From the NCBI GenBank assembly GCA_050084985.1, contig JBITNC010000001.1, forward strand, positions 9,238,001 through 9,302,000: a stretch of 64,000 nt of DNA. The letters are read 5' to 3'. Below the pieces are notes generated by a model. That model was not told where the DNA came from. It was given only the letters and a program-made list of their open reading frames with translations, and made no database searches. Shown one piece after another: positions 53,446-64,000 of the stretch (within the stretch, counting starts at the first letter, position 1; every line of letters begins with the position of its first letter). The translations under genes and the position numbers were made by a program. This stretch comes from Nageia nagi (lineage: Eukaryota > Plantae > Pinophyta).

Positions 53446-54306
53446 ATGAAACTTAGGATTTTTACAAGGAAATCGATATTATGTTCTCTTATCCTATACA
53501 AAAAACTAATGGCAACATCTTAATCAAATTGGGCCAAGGTTTAGGGTTGTGGTGTGTCTCTTCAATCTATTTCATTTCAAACCATTTTGAAGAGTTACAA
53601 CTCTCTTTTGCCAAAATAGGGTTCCCAAAATCGTAGGATTTTGGGGCGTGTTGTGTTAGGCACAATAAAGGCTAAAACAAAGCAACAACAAAATGATTGA
53701 GATAAGCTAAAAACAAAATAAGAACAAAACAATGGAACAAGTAGTTTTGACGATGGATGACAATAGATGCAGGACAAAACGACTTTGACATTCAAGGATC
53801 AAAACCTAAACAAGTGGATACATAGTGACTTGCTTCGTCCACAGGGAATAAGCCTATGTTAGCACCATCACTCACGGTTGCATTGTCGGTTTCATTAAAG
53901 TGAGTGGACTCTCATTGGCTATTCGAGTAGCCATCGGGACACCTGCGTTTCACTCCAAGTTCGGGGACATTGTGTTCATCCGAAGTGTCTGTTCCAACTG
54001 TAGTCTTCGGAGAAAAGGACTTCCCGCCCTTGAACTCGGTCACTCGATAGATGTGTTCGTTACCTATTACATCAAATAATCTTAGTTAGAATCACCCAAA
54101 GTGTTTGTTCCAACTGTAGTCTCTGGGTAAAAGGACGATCCGCCCTTTAGCTCGGTTGCTCTTTTGAAGATTCCCAATGATAGGGATTTCGAAGATCATT
54201 TTTTTTGTTTTTTGTACATATACATATTTTTTTGTATTTTATTATTTCTTTCTTTTTTTTTAATAAGAAAACTATTTGCACTATGATACATAGCTTCGGG
54301 CGAAGC

Positions 54307-55500
54307 TCATGGTTGAAAGTAGTGCTTAAGATGCTTGCAATTGATTGGTAAAGGCAATTCTTCACCAATGAAGCATCTCAACTTGAAGGTGGTCAAGCTT
54401 ACCATTGTAGCTATTTGAAAAGGGCCTAACCATAATCTATCATACCTGGCATGTTTGCCCTTATCTTCATGAGCTTTGTCCCACAAGAGGACAAGATCTT
54501 CAACTCGAAAACTCTTAACTTGTGTGTTGCGATCGAACCATCGCTTTGTTTCCAATTGCTGCTGGGTGAGATTCTAGAATGCTTGATCTCTCCTTTCTTC
54601 TAACTTTGCCTGTTGAACCAGTTGTGCCTCTAGTGTGTCATCGGTCTCTATGTAGTCCCTTACAAATTGCAGTGTTCCGATTTTGAGTTGTGTGGGGAAG
54701 ATTGGTTCTGCCCCATAAACAAGTTGAAATGGGCTCATCTTGAGTGCATTCTTGGTTTTGATACGATCAGCCCATAAGGCATACTTCAACTTACTAGTCC
54801 AATCTCTGGGGTTCTTATCCAACAATTTCTTCACGATGGTGAATAGATTGTTGTTAGTAAACTCAGCCAGACCGTTTCCTTGAGGGTAATAATTGGCTGA
54901 GAATGTTATGGAAATATTATGAGCTGAGACCCAATCCGGTAACTTGGTTGATTTGAATCCTGAACCGTTGTCACAAACTATAGAGAATGAAGTGCCAAAC
55001 CGGGTTAATATGTATTCTTCTAAGAATTGAATAACCACTTCAGATGTGGCTTTCTTTGTTGCAATAGCCTCGGTCCATCTTGTACAATAGTCTGTTGCAG
55101 TTAGGATGAATTGATGTCTCATTGAGGAATGGGGATTGATTACCCCTACGAAGTCAAGCCCCCATTTAGGAAATTGGTCGACTCCAAAACTAGTTGCAGG
55201 GGCATGCTTGAAAACATTTCTCTCCCTAACACGTTTTGACAATCGTGACAAGTCTTGGCATACTGATGAGCATCTTGGAATAGATAAGGCCAATAATAAC
55301 CGGCTTGGAGTATTTGATGTGCTATGGTGTTTCCTGGTGCATGACCGGTTCCACCTTCCTTGTTATGGAACTCCTCAAGGATCTTTTGGGCTTACTCCTT
55401 TTTTAAACGTTGTAGATATATTCCATGGAAATTTCTTTTGTAGAGGACCCCGTTTTTAATCATAAATCTTGCTACCTTATACCTTAAGGTTCTCTTCTGA
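54307..55500 (-). pseudogene. Gypsy integrase
   Basis: FPKWGLDFVG, ILTATDYCTRWTEA, IVCDNG, YYPQGNGLAE, WLGPFQI. Confidence 0.92.
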
Positions 55501-55674
55501 CCCAAAGAGAAAATTCAGGGGATAGGAACTTGAAGTGATATAACTTACAACATCTGTGTACCACGAATCTGATGAATTGGTGAGTTGGCAAATCTGAAAA
55601 GATGGGTCCATCTCACCATCTTGTGATCTTGGTGTTTTGCCATGCTGGCAGGATGCCAGAGTTTGAGTTAGTCC

Positions 55675-57203
55675 TTAACCCCTTACAATTTTCATGGGTT
55701 GTATGGTGAAGTCGAACTCTTGAAGTGTGGAGACCCAATTCCCCCTTTGGACTCCCAGCTCTTGCTGGGCTAGCAAGTTCTTGATGGAAGGGTCAGGTAC
55801 TATGGCAATTATTTGATTGTGCAGGATGTAATGATGAAACTTCTTCATTGCTTTGACCAAGACATAGGCTTGTTTGTCCAGCATGGGATAGGTTAGAGGA
55901 GCATCTTTCAATGGAGCGCTCATGAATGCAATAGGCTTCTCCTTTTCTTAGTCATCCTTTTGAGTCAAGACCCATGCTACTGAGTGCTCTGAGACAAAGG
56001 AATATAGGTAAAAAGCCTTCTTGTAGTTTGGGCTTGTGAGGACCGGTGCCTTGGATATAGCTTCCTTAATGTCATGGAAAGCCTTCTTTGCCTTATTAAT
56101 CCACTTTATCTTTGCATCTTTCTTCATCATTGTAGTAAGTGGCTTTACAATTTCCGCATAACCTGATATGAACTTGCGAACAAAATTGATTTTACCCATG
56201 AAAGACCTAAGCTCTCTCAGAGTTGATGGGTATGAAATCCTCTCAATGGTGACCACTCTTTTTAGGTCAATAAAGATACCCTTCTCTAAAATGATATGAT
56301 CGAGCAATCTTCCCTTTGCGACACCAAATATACACTTTTTGGGGCTCAACGATATTCCGAACTCCCTGAATCTTTGGAATATCTTCCTCAAATGTTGAGC
56401 ATGATCATTCATATCCTTAGAATATACTGTAAGATCATCCATGTATATAACAATATTCTTGCCTACAAGTCCTTTGAAGGCGAAATCCATGGCCCTTTGG
56501 AACGTGGCTTCAACATTTATAAGTCAAAATGGCATACAACTGTACGAGAAAGTTCCCCATTTGGTGGTGAAGGCGGTTTCCATTCGGTCCTTCTCATCCA
56601 CCAAGACTTGATTGTATCCGGAGTAACCATCTAGAAATGACATCATTTGAGCACCATTAACCATTTGAAGGACTTTGTCAAGTGACAAGAGAATTATCCT
56701 TTTTAGAGGCATGATTGATATGCTTGAAGTCTATGCACACCCTTATCTCTCCCGACTTCTTCTTGATAGAAAACTATATTGGAAACCCATGTGGAGTGTC
56801 TCACCAGGAAGATGTTCCTTGACTCAACTAGCTTCTGAATTTTTGAAGAAACCATGGGTTCCAACAAAGGGTTCAGAATCCTTTGTTTTTGCCTGAAGGG
56901 CTTCGTGTTTGGTTTCAAAGGTATGGTGTGAGTGATTATGCTTGGGTTGTATGTTTTCAATTGCTCATATATCCAGGCTATCACATCAATGTAGTCTCGG
57001 CAAGCTTTTATTATCTCCTCTCTCAGCTTGCCCTGACAAGACTTGCCAATGAATATGTGTCTTGGATCTTGATCTACCCCCAAGTTAATCTTCTCCGTCT
57101 CTTCAACATCGATATGTTCCTTGGGTCTATTTTCCTGAATGACATCTTGAGCAAATAGTTTTTCCAAGTCAATGATTCCCCTTGGAAGCTTGTTAGTCTT
57201 CAA
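55675..57203 (-). pseudogene. Gypsy reverse transcriptase and RNase H
   Basis: FLDGYSGYNQV, TAFTTKWG, IYMDDL, LRSFMGKINF, APVL, YPMLDKQAY. Confidence 0.93.
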
Positions 57204-57406
57204 CTACAAGATGCCATCCACATACTCATCTCCATCTTCCATCCGGTGACCCTCATCCGGCTTCATCATCTCCTCTATTTGTGGAGAAGTGAAGACCCTT
57301 TTGCTCGCCATGAAAATTTCAATGTGTTTATCATCATCAAAAACTTGGATTGCTTTGATGGTATCTGGGATTGCTGTTGTATACAACATTTGGATGCTGA
57401 ACTTCT

Positions 57407-57919
57407 TTAACATGTTCTCAATTGTTGGAAGGTGTTGGCAGCTACAGCTAGAGAATTTGCCACCACATTGTGTCTCCTTGGGACTGTTTTGATGTTGAAA
57501 TCCTTGAAGCCTTCGATGAGACTCCACACTCTCAATCTATATTGGTTCAGGTGGTCGTCCTTGCATTCATATTGAACCTTAACTTGCCTGACCACTAATA
57601 TTGAATCCCCTATTACCAAGATATTCTTAACACCTTTTGCCAGCGCCATCCTCATACCTTGGATCAATGCTTCATATTCAGCTGAGTTGCATGTGCAAGG
57701 TATTTTCAATCCAAATGAAGCCTAATACCATTTACCTTTAGGATTCTGCAGTTCGATTCCCACTCCTCCTCCCATTTTAGACTTAGATATGTCAAATCTA
57801 AGAATCCAACATCTTGTTTCTGATTTCTTGATCTTAGGAGGGGTAGAAGATTGGCATGAGGTTTGAACAACATTAGCCTTAACATGAGGACTTGCGACTT
57901 CAAGGCAATAAACACCCAA
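57407..57919 (-). pseudogene. Additional archaeal-type RNase H (aRH) between protease and RT
   Basis: WILRFD...GGGVGI, CNSAEYEALIQG, IGDSILVVRQV, PRRHNVVANSLA. Confidence 0.88.
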
Positions 57920-58065
57920 ATCTCATTCCACTATTGCCACTTGATTTATATTGTTGTAGTCAATGCTGAGGTCTCTCAAGTATGGCTCTCCTTGGACTTT
58001 GATATGATTTGGTAAGCCTCTCCATGGAAGCCATAAGTACTTTAAACAAGTAGACCAAAATCCAT

Positions 58066-58632
58066 TCAATATTCGGACCAGTCCCTGCCGAGCAACATCC
58101 CATACTTTGGCGGTATCTGAACCACTTGCACATCTAAACCTCTTTCTATTCTTGGTTCGAGTGCAATCTGTATGCGTAGGTTGTGTGTCATTCCAACCAC
58201 CGTAACTGGTGTATCATCCAATTGGGTTATCCCCTCCTGACTTTCGACAATGGGTATGTTCAACGTCTTACACACTTCAAATGGCATGCTGTTAGCTCCT
58301 GCACCAGAATCCATCATACAATTATGCAAATTTTTCCTGGCCACTCTCAAAGTGATCAAGAAGGGAGGAATGGCTTTCCTAGGTGTATATGTTTGAGCTT
58401 TGTCTAGGGCCATTTGGATCTGGGCAGTTGATGGATCTTCATTATCTGCTGGCGGAGTTTGTTGTGCTTGTTGAATTTGTTTGACCCTCCATTCTTTTTT
58501 TTGTTTGCGCTTGGATATCAAGCAATCTATGACCTGCTCACGAGGTTCTTCATATTCCATCAAATCCATCACACTGATGTTGATTTTGGTATGTTTCAGC
58601 GTTTCAATGATGTTGAAGGACGTCTCACCCAC
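58066..58632 (-). pseudogene. Aspartic protease
   Basis: LHNCMMDSGAGANSMP and YGMLLGRDW. Confidence 0.88.
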
Positions 58633-58639
58633 CTCTTCT

Positions 58640-60440
58640 TTAGTCTAGGCATGTTTCTTGCCAATGTCTCCTGCCTTGTCTTGATGGGAAGAATTCCCAT
58701 GCGGGACTTGAGCCTTTCATGGCATGGGAGAAATGGGTGCTGATTGACGCTGAGCGACATTAGGTTGTGAAACAGGGCCCGATGGAGGAGGGTTGTTTGA
58801 AGATACTTGGTTTGGAGGGACCTGAAAACTATTGGGAGGATTGGGTTCCGTTAATGGTTCTCATTCCCTTCTTCTAAATGCAAGGCCGAAACTCCTTGGA
58901 TTTTCTTGTGTTGCACAAATAGATTGGGAGACAATTGGTATGGATTCATGTATCTCTTCCTCTTGTGTTTCTTCTTCTGTAGCAGTATATACTTCAAACA
59001 TCAGAGTTTCACTGTGACTTTCAGAGGGATCTGATTCATTTGGCTGAGTTAGCTCCCATTTGTATCGCTCTTGCTGAAACATATTTATCGCACATCCGAA
59101 TTCTGGGCAAGTCTCTTATGCATGAGCAACATTGTGAATTTTGCACCAGCTAGTCACTGCAATACTAGACAAATCGGCATTGTTTATTTGGGAAGGTCGT
59201 GGGTCCTTTGCCACCAGGTTAGGTACTATGCTAGTACCATTGTTTGGACCAGTGTTCGAAGGTCTATTAGCCCTTGGAAAATTCCTATTGCGCTGACGGT
59301 CATTATTTGGTGCTTGTTGTTGGTTGAATACGACATTGTTTGTCACTCGGTTATTATTGTCCACCATCTTGGTCAAGAGTAATTTGAAATCATTCTGATC
59401 CTTTTCCCTCTTTGCCAACTCTCTTTCTCTTCTTGCTAGCTCTTGCTCCCTCTTGGTGAGCTCTTGATCTTTCTTAGGAGGCTCTTGATCTTTTGTATCG
59501 TTAGCTGGCTGTCCTAAGAATTGCTTCAGGAAATTGAGTTCCCTTGCCACGAAGGGTTGTGTGTAGGGCTAGCATGGGATGGTTGTGATAGTTGGCTCAG
59601 AAGTTGAACAAGAAGGTTGTGTTCAATGGAGCAAACGATGATGAAGATGCAAAGTTATTGGTGACGGGTGCGGATGGAGAAGAATGTGTAGTATAAGGGC
59701 CAAGGGGTTTGGTTGGACTGCGTTTGCAATCATAGGAGTGTTCGGTAGTGAAGACTATGTAGGATTTGGAATAGTTGGCTGCGACAGAGTTTGAGAATTA
59801 TTCAATCTTAGCCCTCCTAATAGATGCACAAGGTTTGTTGTCTTTCTCCTTCTGTGTTTTGTGTAAGTTGTCGTTCAATAGAAGTAACAAAAGCATAAGC
59901 TTGTTGCAGAGTTGTGATACCAACTTCTCTCCTCACAAAGGCTACTATAAGGGGGTCAAGGGCTCGGATATACATGCGTAGTGCATCATCAACCGACATT
60001 GTGTGAGGTTGCACCACCTTGGCATGGGCCTTTTGGCATCTGTTATTAAAATTTCTAATGGGTTCATGAGATAATTTCTTAGTGTTTACAAATTGTTGAT
60101 ATAATACATCTAGATCCTCTGGTATTTAGAATCTCTGCAGGAATGCTTCTTCTAATTGTGTCCAAGACGTGATAGACCTCAGGGTGAGGCTAATGTACTA
60201 GTCTCTTGCACGGCCTTCAAGAGTAGATGGGAACATTTTGTAGGCCACATCCTCATGCTCAATATAAAGTCGAGTCAATGTGTCGATATATGACTGAATG
60301 TGGTCTTCTGTTGACACTAGATTGTTAGGATTGAATTTTTGAAAATGCTTCTGGTAGTCCTTTGGCTTTGGGATCTCATGTTGGATTCTTGCAACATTGA
60401 TAGGCCTTGATCTCAACCAAGCTAGAGGTGGGTTGGCCAT
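58640..60440 (-). pseudogene. Gag
   Basis: HEDVAYKMFPSTLEGRARD*Y...SITSWTQLEEAFLQRF retrotransposon-gag signature, with WCKIH...H motif downstream. Confidence 0.82.
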
Positions 60441-60838
60441 TCTTCTTCTTAGTTGTGTGTCAACTTTGGCTTGTGGTTGAGGACCTTGTTGTGCTTGGAC
60501 TTGTGTTTGGGCTTGTGTGTTAGCCTATGCTTGTAGGTTAGGTTGTGCTTGCACACCAGGTTGTGTTTGGATACTAAGTTGTGTGCTGTTCAAAAGAGGA
60601 ACCAAGTTTCTCAGTGAGCTAGGACTAGTGATTGATGTGTTCGATGAGGTAGAAGTGGAAGTGTCGTCAAGATTTTGAATTTGAGCTTCACTGGTCTCTT
60701 GGGGATTTTCCACTTCGTCTTTAGGCTGAGCCTTGTTCTTATTCAACTTCAAGTAGAACGACGAAGCTTTCCTAGGTCCCAGCTTGACAAAGTAGAACTA
60801 GAGAAACAAGTCTCTACTGGATACAGAAACAGTTTAGG

Positions 60839-60855
60839 CCCTCCTTCTAGCGCCA
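60839..60855 (-). promoter_or_regulatory. Primer binding site, matches plant tRNA-Asn(GUU) 3' end as I recall it
   Basis: Minus strand TGGCGCTAGAAGGAGGG, 5 bp inside the 5' LTR. Confidence 0.75.
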
Positions 60856-60860
60856 ATTTA

Positions 60861-63800
60861 TGTTGGGAGCTTTTTCTTTCCTACCCTGCTGATAGGCAAT
60901 TTAGCTTGCAAGGCTTATGGAAGATGCCAACGCCTAGGTGGTAGGGCGTGACCCTTACCCGCTATGAGGATTGGTTACCTCAAAGGCCTCATGATGGGAT
61001 GTGCAAGAAGTTACTCAAGAGACTAGTTAAGATGTTTAAAGTTGTTTCCAACTCAACTGAAATTTGTTAATTAAGGACTCAAAGTGTCCTGTCTCCAGAA
61101 AATGGTTATTTCTAAAAAAGAGGTAAAAATCGGGTTGTGAAAGCTACAAAACAAAGTGAAAAATAAAAGAAAAGGTAGATTAGACGATGGTATATGAGTT
61201 GGGCGCAAGTGCATATGGTCCTGCCGACTGGTGTAAGGATTGGGATCTACTTCCTTAGAGCTTGATACAAGTTTCACTCCTTATCCCTATCACTAGCCAA
61301 CTACATGAATGGACTAGTGCAACGAGCATGAAGCAATAGGCAAGGATGGCTATAAGGTAGATCGTGGGTGAATCTTCAATAGCAGAGTGAAGTTCTTGCG
61401 CTAAGTGACACAAAAGAAGTCATTCCAAACAACACGAGTCTAATATGCAAATCGTGAACCATTACACATCATATCTCACTCAAAGATCACTTCGATTGGT
61501 ATTCAACAGATTCTTTCATCCACCTGAACACAAGGTTTATGAAATGAACCAAGCAACTTGAGCATAATAAGATAGCAATATCATTCATCCATTGGATTCA
61601 ATAAGGCATTCAACACACGTTCATGATTCCAATAATGAGATCATTCACCATTCAATTGCTTGAGATAATACCACATTCACAAATGGAGCAACTTGTATAA
61701 TTGGAAGTAAAAGTTAAGTTTCTCACAAGTACAAAAAATTTCTAATTCCCCCTTACAAATGACCCCATGAAGGGTACTTATAGGTTTCAAAGCACATATC
61801 ATTAAATGTGGCGTTGCCCTAAAAAATAGAAACCCTAAACTAACTTAACAGAAAGCTCATGAGGTAACTGAAGAGCCATAAAAGTTGACACTAACTGACA
61901 AAAGCATTAAATGACAAAATGACAAAGTCTTACCAGTTTGAATCCGTGAAAGCAAAAATTCATCCCTTCACGGTTCAAACAAAAGTCTTAAAATTACTCT
62001 ACTTATGCATTTATCAAAATAAAATATTCTAAACGGTCATCCTTTCAGCAGCTGACTCCACTCAGCATCCGAAATGCCGAAATTCCTGTAGCCATGGTTG
62101 ATATACGTGACCTTCTTGAGAAACTCTCCTTGTAGCACCTTAAGCATCAAATTGATCTTATACCAGTATTTGTCTATTACTTTAGAAGTTTGCTCATTTT
62201 ATACCGCCAAATGGTTAATAACCTATTATGCTCAATAATTGTGTCTATCCTGATGAGGTTGATGTCCCTAATGTGCAAGAGTTCTTCAATCGGGTTCTTG
62301 GTCTCTCGGACAACCTTGTTTACATTCCTAGCGTGACCATCTTCACTGTGTGGCCTAGGTGTTTCTGGAAAATAGTGCAATCTATCTTGGATTTTTTTTA
62401 CCTCTAGCCTCTTTTGCTCTTACTGAAAAGCAACCCTGGATCATGCGGCTAATCAAATGTATCCTTTCAAGCAAATCGTATATTTTGAAAATGATGCTCT
62501 GGTCACCTGATCTACTCTCCTTGCTTGTTGCATTTGAGTGGGAACATGCGACCTATATTACCTTTCGAAAATTCCTCAAACATAGCCTCAAATTGTTTCC
62601 CTAGGCCTTTGCTGTCATTTGACAAGATTTCATGAAGTTGGAACACCTCTCTTGGTCGCATGGTTTTACTCTTAAGGCTTAGTCACTTGATTCCAATCAT
62701 GCGACCTCCTACAACCTCAATGTTCCCCTTATATAGCCTTTTCATATCACTTGTCAACAATATGGAAACTACCCATGTGTTGGATCTCTAGGTTGCACGT
62801 TTTGATGGTCATACACTGATCGCTTAGTTTGATGGTCATGCAACTTGCATATTGGTGGAAATATGCGACCACCATTTTGTCACTTGAAACTGGCATAAAA
62901 TGAAGTCCCCTCTTGCTTTTACAGGTTTTTGATGCCACTGGTCACTTCTCTGCTAATTGGAGGTTCTTTGTTGCTTGGTCGCATGGTTCATGCCTTGGTC
63001 GCTTAGTTTCATTTGCATGCATCTTGCATTGAGGCTGAAGCATGCGACCACCCCTTTTACCACTTAGAATTTGCACAATGTGAGACCCTCGCCTTCTTTT
63101 ATAGGTTTTGATGCCACTTGTCACCTCTTGGCTAATTGGTTCCCTTTTTCAACTTGGTCGCACGTTTTGAGAGTAATGCCATGGTCACGCGTTTAAGGAG
63201 ACATGCCTGTTCCATCTTCCTCAAAACATGCGACAAACTAATTTGAGTATATCATGGTTGCACCTTTTTGACGTGATGCCTTGGTCGCGCACGTTGGGTG
63301 TAATGCTATGATCGTGTGTTTTAAGAGACATGCCTATTCCATCCTCCTCAAAACATGCGACCAACTAATTTGAGTATGCCTTGGTCGTGCGTTTTGGACA
63401 TGATTTCTTGGTAGTGCGTTTTAAGAGACATGCCTATTACATCTTCCTCAAAACATGCTACCAACTAATTTGAGTATGCCTTGGTCTCGCGTTTTGGACA
63501 TGATACCTTGGTTGCGCATTTTAGAGGGAATGCCTTGGTCATTCGTTTTAAGAGACATGCATATTCCATCTTCCTCAAAACATGTGACCAACTAATTTGA
63601 GTATGCCTTGTTTCGCTCGTTTTGGAAGGAATGCCTTGGTCGCACATTTTAAGAGACATGCCTATTCCATCTTCCTCAAAATATGCAACCAACTAATTTG
63701 AGTATATCATGGTTGCACGTTTTAGAGGGAATGCCTTGGTCACATAGTTTGAAGGTGATGCAAATTGCATTGTAGTGAAAACATGCAACCAACTAAAACC

Positions 63801-64000
63801 TTGCATTTTTCTTGCTCAAATGGGGTCCAAGCTTCCTTTTATGGATTCATGAGACATGTCACCTTCCAATGCTCCTCTAAGTTCATTCTTTTTGGGTCGC
63901 ACGGTTTGAAGGTGATGCAAATTGCATCCTAGTGAAAACATGTGACCAAGCCTAAACTTCATATTTTTTTGCAAATTCCACTTTCTGAGCCTTGTTTGCG
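60861..64000 (-). repeat. 5' LTR of Tat element (incomplete in window)
   Basis: Starts tgttgggagc next to the PBS; homologous to 50550 to about 53310. Confidence 0.9.

Larger units (their letters stand above)
50550..53667 (-). repeat. 3' LTR (E) of Tat element
   Basis: Colinear with 60861-64000 apart from indels of about 210 and 75 bp and array copy number. Ends tgttgtgttaggcacaata. Confidence 0.85.
50550..64000 (-). mobile_element. Ty3/gypsy Tat-lineage element (TatII-like), degenerate, cut by the window end
   Basis: LTRs 50550-53667 and 60861 to beyond 64000; PBS; domain order gag-PROT-aRH-RT-RH-INT. Confidence 0.9.

Noticed and set aside
60839-60855. tRNA gene
   Set aside because: Only a 17-nt match to a tRNA 3' end; it is a PBS.
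1611-63692. The many 60-120 aa ORFs in the track
   Set aside because: Mostly antisense or off-frame shadows of TE coding regions and chance ORFs in LTR repeats.

Overview
AT-rich, CpG-depleted eukaryotic DNA made almost entirely of nested retrotransposons. The host is most likely a gymnosperm, inferred from a Tat-type Ty3/gypsy element with domain order PROT-aRH-RT-RH-INT. Using termini and target-site duplications (TSDs) I resolved two nests. Nest 1 is a copia pol remnant split by a non-L1 LINE, which is itself split by two giant solo LTRs, one of which carries a gag-only copia derivative. Nest 2 is a giant solo LTR holding a second gag-only derivative and a pol-less LTR element, which in turn holds a 6.4-kb solo LTR. 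The window also has a TRIM-like element, smaller solo LTRs, a 5'-inverted L1 and a degenerate Tat (TatII-like) element running off the right end. Small candidate exons on the + strand (2658-49090) suggest these elements lie in the inflated introns of a probably pseudogenised host gene. Most notable: the giant Tat-family LTRs carry, inside the LTR itself, a roughly 1,100-aa accessory ORF (whole in one LTR, N- or C-terminal parts in others). It has its own TATA-like box and upstream arrays of an inverted CG-containing motif at a fixed 40-41 bp spacing. This is a candidate LTR-encoded protein/binding-site system, possibly anti-silencing. All alignments were done by eye and no database searches were run. 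I found no RNA genes, CRISPR arrays or intact host CDS.
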